A DNA stretch of 64,000 bases, from the NCBI GenBank assembly GCA_963706595.1, contig OY970166.1:4864001-4928000 (forward strand), given 5' to 3'. Position 1 is the stretch's first letter. Every line of letters begins with the position of its first letter. This stretch comes from an uncultured cyanobacterium (GTDB lineage: Bacteria > Cyanobacteriota > Cyanobacteriia > Cyanobacteriales > Nostocaceae). Shown here piece by piece: positions 56,655 to 64,000 of this stretch. Under the pieces are notes generated by a model. The model worked only from the letters and a program-made list of their open reading frames with translations. It did not search any database and was not told the DNA's origin. Made by a program: the position numbers and the translations under genes.

Positions 56655-57119
56655 ATGAATCAGATCAAAAAGCAAAAAATGAGTGCAATCACCAAGCAAT
56701 GGCTGATAGCAAACGGCTACAATCCCCATAATTTAAATCAACAAGGTGAAAATGGCGACACTGCTTTGATGAAAGCGACTAGAGAAGGAGTTTATGCAGT
56801 TGTCAAAGAATTAATTGATTTGGGGGCAAATATTAACGCCAAAAATCATGACCGGAATAATGCTTTATGGTTTGCTTGTTTTGGTAATCATTATGAGTTA
56901 ATTAGCTTGCTGCTAGCTGCAAAAATTAACATTAATAACCAAAATGATAACGGTGCAACTGTTTTAATGTATGCAGCGTCAGCAGGAAAGACAGGTGTTA
57001 CTAAATTACTTCTACAATACAAACCTAATTTGAATATCAGAAATTTAGACGACTATAAAGCGATAGATTTTGCTAGCAATGTAGAGATTTTAGGATTACT
57101 CAAAAATGCCGGAAAGTAA
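56655..57119 (+). CDS. Ankyrin repeat protein
   Basis: GDTALMKA, NNALWFAC, GATVLMYAA repeats. Confidence 0.88.
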   Translation: MNQIKKQKMSAITKQWLIANGYNPHNLNQQGENGDTALMKATREGVYAVVKELIDLGANINAKNHDRNNALWFACFGNHYELISLLLAAKININNQNDNGATVLMYAASAGKTGVTKLLLQYKPNLNIRNLDDYKAIDFASNVEILGLLKNAGK

Positions 57120-58392
57120 GAATTTAGAGACAGCTTACCATGATACTACCAAGCATTCTTACTTATCTGTACAGATTAATCCTAATTATGTCGATGCTTC
57201 CACCCAGCCAACTTCATTTAAAGTTTATCCCAAGTTTTATCGGCGGGTGAAATTAAATGTCAATAATCCTCTTCATTCTTTTATCTGGTTAACCAGTGCA
57301 GTAACTCTAGAAAAGGCATATAAAGATGTACCCTATAAACTCCGGGTAAATCCCTCAGCAGGCGCTTTATATCCGACGGAAGTTTATGTACAAGTGCGCG
57401 GAATGTCGGGAATGATAGATGGTATATATCATCTAGAAGTTGAGAATAATTCTCTAACTCTCATTTATGAATTAATTGATGATGGGTTGGAGAGTTATAT
57501 TATACCGGGCAAAAGTATCAAGGGCTGCATTTTTTTAATTAGTTGCGTTTATTATAGGTCTAGCTGGAAATATCAGGATAGAAGCCTGAGATATTGCTTT
57601 TTAGATAGTGGTCATCATTTAGGTGCGATCGCAGCATCAGCTTATCTGCATAACCAAGATATACAACTGATTTTTGACTTTGATAAACTTGCCCTAAATA
57701 CAGTTTTAGGCTTTGAAAATAAAGAGTTTATCACTGCGGGGGTAATCTCTGGTGAGGTGCAAGAAAAGCCAGTCAGGCGTTTAAGGCTAAAGGTTCCTTT
57801 TGTCTGTGGAACAGATTATTTTGAAGCTAATGAATTTATTGAACGTAGTTATGAACTAACATCTGTACAGCAAAGTCAAGCACAGCCACTAGTACAGCCA
57901 CAGTTTAACTTGGACAAGGAGAAGTTTTATCAAACTGTCTGGAATAGACGATCAATTAGACGTTTCCGGAAACAGTTTATTTCTCAAGAAGACTATCTAT
58001 ATATCTGGCGACAAATTGAACAATCAATACCAACAGCCCATTTTGAGGAAATCGAAATTTACGCTGTTGTGCATCGAGTAGAGGGGATATCGCCGGGATT
58101 ATATAAAGGTATGCATCTGCTGAAAGCAGGTAATTTCGGGGAACGGACAGGTTATTTATGCGTGAATCAAGCGATCGCGAGAGATTGTGCTGTAACTTTG
58201 TTCTTTGTATCTAACTATATCAATTATCAAACGGCTATGCAATTAGCTGGTTTTCTCGGACAAAGAATTTATTTGGTGAGTAATTATTTGGGAATTGATT
58301 GTAGTGGAATTGGTGCTTTTTACGATGATGAAACCCAAGAATTATTACAAACCAATAAAGATGTTCTCTATGGAATGGCTATTGGCAAATAA
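57106..58392 (+). CDS. SagB/ThcOx-type tandem nitroreductase-domain protein
   Basis: LRVNPSAGALYPTE, WKYQDRSLRYCFLDSGH, RRSIRRF, GIDCSGIGAFYDD. Confidence 0.85.
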   Translation: MPESKNLETAYHDTTKHSYLSVQINPNYVDASTQPTSFKVYPKFYRRVKLNVNNPLHSFIWLTSAVTLEKAYKDVPYKLRVNPSAGALYPTEVYVQVRGMSGMIDGIYHLEVENNSLTLIYELIDDGLESYIIPGKSIKGCIFLISCVYYRSSWKYQDRSLRYCFLDSGHHLGAIAASAYLHNQDIQLIFDFDKLALNTVLGFENKEFITAGVISGEVQEKPVRRLRLKVPFVCGTDYFEANEFIERSYELTSVQQSQAQPLVQPQFNLDKEKFYQTVWNRRSIRRFRKQFISQEDYLYIWRQIEQSIPTAHFEEIEIYAVVHRVEGISPGLYKGMHLLKAGNFGERTGYLCVNQAIARDCAVTLFFVSNYINYQTAMQLAGFLGQRIYLVSNYLGIDCSGIGAFYDDETQELLQTNKDVLYGMAIGK

Positions 58393-58410
58393 CTAGGATC
58401 ATAAAGAGAG

Positions 58411-58785
58411 ATGGTGAACCATAATTTTTATTTTAATAGTGACGATTCGCATCCTAAGCAGCCGACATCGGCAGATATTATACTACGGCAACAACTAGAA
58501 GATTCGATTAGTAAGTATTTTTATGAAGGGTGCGATCGCATCATTCAAAATTTGCTCTCTAATTGTCGCTGGTATGTCACAACTCGCGCTAATGCGATGA
58601 CATTAGTAATTGAATGTCCTGATCAAGTTACTAATTGGCGAGTTTTGCGACAAATCGTGCCAATGGGAACGTTACTAAACTCCATCATCAGCAGTGCTAA
58701 AATCCGTGTTTGTCCTCCAGATAGTCAAGGTATACCCTTTGAAATGAGAGTAGATGAACTGTCTGTTTATCGGGATTGGGCGTAA
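58411..58785 (+). CDS. Hypothetical protein
   Basis: 124-aa ORF 18 nt after the nitroreductase gene. Confidence 0.7.
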   Translation: MVNHNFYFNSDDSHPKQPTSADIILRQQLEDSISKYFYEGCDRIIQNLLSNCRWYVTTRANAMTLVIECPDQVTNWRVLRQIVPMGTLLNSIISSAKIRVCPPDSQGIPFEMRVDELSVYRDWA

Positions 58786-58831
58786 GTCGATTTTGGATTT
58801 TGGATTTTGGATTTTGGATTGTTAATTCAGT

Positions 58832-59299
58832 CTATCTACTGTGATTAATGAATTTGGTTAATTGTTCAAAAACTAAATCAGCAGCAGATTTGACTATGGG
58901 ACTTAATTCTAGTCCTAAATCCAGATTTGCGGCTTCAATTAGATAAACTGTGACATCTTCGGGAAACTCATTTGCAAATATTTTCCTTCCAGCAGCTAAA
59001 GCATGATCCCAGCGAAAATCATGTAAATTATAACTAGGTTCTGGTAAAGCTTCTAATTCTTCTCCTGGGACTTTAAATATAGCACCTGGTTCGGAATTTG
59101 TGGAACTGGCATCAATAATTATTAATGTTTTACTACCCCTGGCTTTAAACATGACTTCCATCCCTGCTGTTCCACAGTCATACACGCGCACATCAGGTTG
59201 AGGATTTGCGGCTAAATATTGTTGTAGGCGTTGGGCAATAATTACGCCTACAGCATCGTCACTGCGGTTAAGATTCCCGCAACCAATGATAGTTAGCAT
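58832..59299 (-). CDS. hupW: Uptake hydrogenase maturation protease
   Basis: IIGCGNLNRSDDAVG, DCGTAG, IIIDA, HDFRWD; downstream of hupL. Confidence 0.9.
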   Translation of the reverse strand: MLTIIGCGNLNRSDDAVGVIIAQRLQQYLAANPQPDVRVYDCGTAGMEVMFKARGSKTLIIIDASSTNSEPGAIFKVPGEELEALPEPSYNLHDFRWDHALAAGRKIFANEFPEDVTVYLIEAANLDLGLELSPIVKSAADLVFEQLTKFINHSR

Positions 59300-59474
59300 G
59301 ACAAAATTTCCTCCAGGTGTTCGCCCCGATATTGATCATGAGTCGGGAAAAAGTAATGCTATGACTCAGTTTCAGTTTGTCAGCTTGATGGATCTGAAAA
59401 AGGAATATCACCTACGCCCTTGAGCAAGTCAAAGAGAAGTATAATAGTTAGATACACTACTGTATTTTAAGCAA

Positions 59475-59750
59475 ATGAATACTGGTGCGAAAGAACGGCA
59501 GAAATTGATTGAGGCAGTTAATGCTCTCCCAGATCATACATTACTTGAACTTGCTACTTTTGTTGACTATCTTCGTTATAAATCAACTCAGCAGCCAGAA
59601 TCAAATCATCCTAAATCTTCTTTTCTAATGTCTATTGCAGGATTAGGCACTTCTAATGAAACTAACATTTCTGAGCGGGATGAAGAGATTTTAAAAAATG
59701 AAATTAACCCTGTGTATGGTTGGAGTCTCAAATCAGATGATCCTACATGA
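59475..59750 (+). CDS. Putative antitoxin
   Basis: LPD..L.EL..FVDYLRYK; ATGA-coupled to the PIN gene. Confidence 0.7.
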   Translation: MNTGAKERQKLIEAVNALPDHTLLELATFVDYLRYKSTQQPESNHPKSSFLMSIAGLGTSNETNISERDEEILKNEINPVYGWSLKSDDPT

Positions 59751-60160
59751 CAGCCATCCTCGATACAAGTTTTTTGTTTGCACTTACTGATAAAAGCGAT
59801 CGCAATCATTCTCGTGTGGTGACTGTGGCAACAACCTTAAGTGAACCATTAGTTTTACCAACCTCAGTCTTACCTGAAGTTTGTTATCTAATTTTGTCTA
59901 GACTGGGACATCAAGTCATGCGTCGTTTTTTGATTGAACTCGCAGCTAGTGATATTCGACTAGAATCACTTGATTCTAAAGACTTAGCGCGAGTTAATGA
60001 AATTCTGGCAGAATATGCTGATAGTCAGCTTGACTTTACAGATGCAACAATTATTGAGCTTGCAGAAAGAGATAACATCACTCGCATCTTAACACTTGAC
60101 CGTCGTGATTTTGGTTTTGTTCGTCCAAGACATTGTAATTATTTCGAGTTGTTGCCCTAA
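59747..60160 (+). CDS. PIN-domain (VapC-like) toxin
   Basis: ILDTSFL, VLPEV, LDFTDA, LTLDRRDF. Confidence 0.88.
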   Translation: MTAILDTSFLFALTDKSDRNHSRVVTVATTLSEPLVLPTSVLPEVCYLILSRLGHQVMRRFLIELAASDIRLESLDSKDLARVNEILAEYADSQLDFTDATIIELAERDNITRILTLDRRDFGFVRPRHCNYFELLP

Positions 60161-60238
60161 CAATTCAATGAAGGTTAAATCAGAGGCTTTGGCTAATGAA
60201 ACAGACAAAACCTCTGAAAAATATGGTCTGGACAGAAA

Positions 60239-60661
60239 CTAGAATTTCACCCCGTATTTACTAGCAATTTCTGTGAATTTTTCACACTGCTTTTGTGATG
60301 CGTCAGTTAATATCATTTCTGCTTGTTCTGGAGTATTACCCTCTTTAGGGATTAAATACTTGACATAAAGTGCGATAAAATCGGCGACAACTGCTAAACC
60401 AGATAAACCATGTTTGTCAGCTTCCTTCCCCGCGATCGCAGCCACTAACCCGGCTTTAATTGGGTCTGGCTTCACCTTCATAAACTGGTCAATCAGCTTA
60501 GGAACATACTCGCTTGGTGACAAGTTATTTAACTTACTTTGGTCTGGAGTAAAATTACAACCTGCCGCTTTTGACTGTTCTAAAACACACCATTCTATGA
60601 ATTCTTGCAGTGCTGCTTCAGGAAGAAGAGGGAGATATTTATGTAACGCTATATCAGGCAC
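60239..60661 (-). CDS. Hypothetical protein co-oriented between hupL and hupW
   Basis: 140-aa ORF, GTG start after AAGG. Confidence 0.7.
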   Translation of the reverse strand: MPDIALHKYLPLLPEAALQEFIEWCVLEQSKAAGCNFTPDQSKLNNLSPSEYVPKLIDQFMKVKPDPIKAGLVAAIAGKEADKHGLSGLAVVADFIALYVKYLIPKEGNTPEQAEMILTDASQKQCEKFTEIASKYGVKF

Positions 60662-60857
60662 AAGCTTACCTTATAGATTTATGTTTTTTGAAGTGCATCA
60701 CAGCTAGCCTAACGCATTAGTTCTATGAGTTTTAGTGTGTTACGTTACGAGATTTCAAGAAATATTTAGACTATAAATATCAAAAATTTGAATTACTGTT
60801 ATATTTTGGTATAAACAGGGGCATACTATAAAGCAGGTATAGATATAAGACTTATTC

Positions 60858-61541
60858 ATGAAACCTGTATTACGCAAAGGGCAACTAACTACTTGGAAAG
60901 ATGAGAAGGGTTTTGGTTTTATAAAATTCAGTGATGGTAGTCAGGAAGTTTTTCTTCACATTAGCGCATTTAAAAATCTTAACCGTCGTCCCCAAGTTGG
61001 TGATATTATTTGTTATCGACTCGCAGTTGAGCAAAACGGCAAATTACGGGCGTGTAATGCTTCGATTGAAGGGATGATGGTATCAAAACCTATATCTCAA
61101 TCCTCATCTTTTAGCACACCGATGAAGTTGAAATCCAAGCCTATGGTGAAATCTTCATCATTAGTCTTCGAGACATTACTTTTATCTCTACTACCTGGCT
61201 TGGGTTCAATCCATTTTTTATTGACTACAGGCATCCCAATTCCTTTCATCCTTTATCCTTGTATGAGTTTAATTACCTTAGCACTGTACGCTGATGATAA
61301 ATCTCGTGCAAAAAAAGGAAGATGGAGAGTGCAAGAGAAGACTTTACATCTATGCGAATTTATGGGTGGTTGGTTAGGTGCATTTGTTGCCCAACGCCAA
61401 TTACATCACAAAAGTAGCAAAGCTTCCTATCAAGCTGAGTTTTGGATGATAGTAATTATTCATCTTGTATTTTGGGTTGTTTGGCTACTTTTTAATAAAA
61501 CATTAATAAATTTGTTTCTTGGTATTGTTTCTGGAGGGTAA
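60858..61541 (+). CDS. Cold-shock domain plus DUF1294 membrane protein
   Basis: WKDEKGFGFI, VFLHISAF; DKSRAKKGRWRVQEKTLH..EFMGGWLGA..HHKSSK. Confidence 0.88.
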   Translation: MKPVLRKGQLTTWKDEKGFGFIKFSDGSQEVFLHISAFKNLNRRPQVGDIICYRLAVEQNGKLRACNASIEGMMVSKPISQSSSFSTPMKLKSKPMVKSSSLVFETLLLSLLPGLGSIHFLLTTGIPIPFILYPCMSLITLALYADDKSRAKKGRWRVQEKTLHLCEFMGGWLGAFVAQRQLHHKSSKASYQAEFWMIVIIHLVFWVVWLLFNKTLINLFLGIVSGG

Positions 61542-61651
61542 TTGAGTCATCGATTAAAAGATCATCATTGATTAAGTTTTGGAGTTTCTTCCAGCACTTC
61601 GTGAATAACTCATATTTCAGCTATGATTAATGGTAAAACTGTAAAAATAGA

Positions 61652-61864
61652 GTGAAAAATATGACGCTAACTGAGCTACTTCCTGCTGTTCGGAAACTCT
61701 CTGTATTAGAAAAACTCAAGCTAATCCGTATCTTGGCGGAAGAATTGGACACCAACGAAGATATTTCACCTCTAGAACCGTTTAAAACCTATGACTTAGC
61801 TACACCTTACAATTCCTTTGGTGCAGGTGAAATTCTGATGCAAACTTTAAAACAATCAGAATAG
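61652..61864 (+). CDS. Small hypothetical protein (antitoxin-like)
   Basis: 70-aa ORF directly upstream of the aspartyl-protease-like gene. Confidence 0.6.
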   Translation: MKNMTLTELLPAVRKLSVLEKLKLIRILAEELDTNEDISPLEPFKTYDLATPYNSFGAGEILMQTLKQSE

Positions 61865-61874
61865 GTCCGACTAG

Positions 61875-62197
61875 ATGCGATTTAAATACACTACCACTGA
61901 CTCTTCCCAAAATGAGTTTGATAATTTACCACGTATTCCACTGCGCCTTCGTCAGGGAGATAGAGCCGTGGAAGCTTTGGGATTGGTAGATAGTGGTGCG
62001 ACTGTAAATGTTCTACCCTATGAAATTGGTATTGAGTTAGGTGCTGTTTGGGATGAAAGCAAAGCGATTATTCAGTTAGCAGGAAACCTGAGCAATCTGC
62101 CAGCAATGCTCTCGGACAAACTAATTTTTTCCTGGAGTTTGATGTGTGTTTCTACCGTTCCAAACTTGAATTTAATATTGAGCCAAAGTCTGAGTAA
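61875..62197 (+). pseudogene. Retropepsin-like aspartyl protease, probable internal deletion with frameshift
   Basis: LVDSGATVNVLP motif. After NLPAM the expected C-terminus LGQTNFFLEFDVCFYRSKLEFNIEPKSE* lies in another frame (stop 62195-62197). Confidence 0.65.
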
Positions 62198-62341
62198 ACA
62201 TTTTAAGTATGATGTTATTTAAATAAGCTAATGACTAACCAAAAAACAACTAGCCATTAGCACCTCCTTAACTCCTCAAAAACTCTCCGCGTACCTTTGC
62301 GCTAACCTCCGCGAACCTTTGCGTTTAAACTCCCCCCTTCT

Positions 62342-63426
<1,085 letters not shown>

Positions 63427-63442
<16 letters not shown>

Positions 63443-64000
63443 GTAACGAGTGCAATCCTCATAATGTTACTCAAGAACTTGTTTTATAAAGCTTTTCTGG
63501 TATGAGATAACATTTTATTTTCACCACTTCAGTTTATAAATAAGGGAATATCTAGGGAATGAGCGGACAAAATCAAAATCAGGGTAATTGCGAGGGGAGA
63601 TATTCCACATCTACAGATGAATATGCAAACGCAGACTCAACCGACTGGTTCGCCGATATTTTTGCAGATTTTGAGCCGCAGAACACCACAGACGGCAGCT
63701 ATAGGGGAACAATGGCGAAAATCAAAGCGACGGAATTACAGTATCAAGCAGTTTTTGAGCAGAAGTTAGTCGAAGCTAATACTAATTTAAAAAGGGAGAG
63801 AATAAGAGTTAGCATTAAACAAACTGGTAATTCTCTCCAATTACGAGCTACGCTACCGTTAAAACCAGGCGATGGCAGACTCAGGTAAAGAAAAAAAGCA
63901 GTATGATTTGTCTCTGGGGATACCAGCAAATTTAGAGGGACTGAAAACTGCAATTGAAGAAAGTTACGAATTGGGTAAATTAATCGCTCGTCATACTTTC
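63427..64000. mobile_element. hupL excision element, xisC-proximal end (partial)
   Basis: Minus-strand site CATAGCAGTTATATGG (63427-63442) resembles the PCC 7120 hupL site CACAGCAGTTATATGG; hupL coding stops there; xisC-like gene adjacent. Confidence 0.88.
63559..64000 (+). pseudogene. xisC: hupL element excisase, 5' part, frameshifted at about 63877
   Basis: Frame 1: ...NSLQLRATLPLKPGDG-RLR* (stop 63888). +1 frame: DSGKEKKQYDLSLGIPANLEGLKTAIEESYELGKLIARHTF, colinear with XisA in this window. Confidence 0.8.

Noticed and set aside
57106..58392. RiPP (TOMM/cyanobactin) cluster
   Set aside because: No precursor peptide, YcaO cyclodehydratase or protease nearby.

Overview
64-kb chromosomal window from a heterocyst-forming cyanobacterium (Nostocales: HIP1 GCGATCGC sites, STRR heptamer repeats, many MITE/REP-like elements). 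The backbone is the Mo-nitrogenase region: nifP(cysE)-2 small ORFs-nifV-nifZ-nifT on the minus strand, then nifB-fdxN-nifS-nifU-glbN-nifH-nifD-nifK-ORF-nifE-nifN-nifX-2 ORFs-nifW-hesA-hesB-fdxH, with hupW and the 3' part of hupL near the right end. nifD is split by a 6,024-bp excision element (sites GGATTACTCCG/GGAATACTCCG) carrying xisA, a NYN protein, a REP-associated tyrosine transposase with its REPs, and an animal-type fatty-acid-binding protein gene. hupL is split by an xisC-type element whose recombinase gene is frameshifted. About 16 kb of non-nif genes separate the nifP and nifB promoters: a methyltransferase-HIT fusion, a NACHT NTPase with 15 near-identical 34-aa HEAT repeats, a Ser/Thr kinase and an extended geosmin cluster. 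That cluster has geoA with two [10 protein letters not shown] motifs, two Family 2B encapsulin shell genes, a CrtE paralogue with an FPP-synthase-type chain-length residue and an MDR oxidoreductase. The ORF track misses a 55-aa RGSGR (PatS/PatX-like) ORF, a cobalamin riboswitch, a partial sensor protein and a dapL-Uma2 chimeric remnant. Best candidates for new biology: the geosmin nanocompartment cluster with a putative dedicated FPP synthase, the FABP cargo of the nifD element, the atypical RGSGR peptide, the repeat-variable NLR-like protein, and 5' lesions in both excisase genes. All family assignments are from motif recognition by eye; no searches were run.
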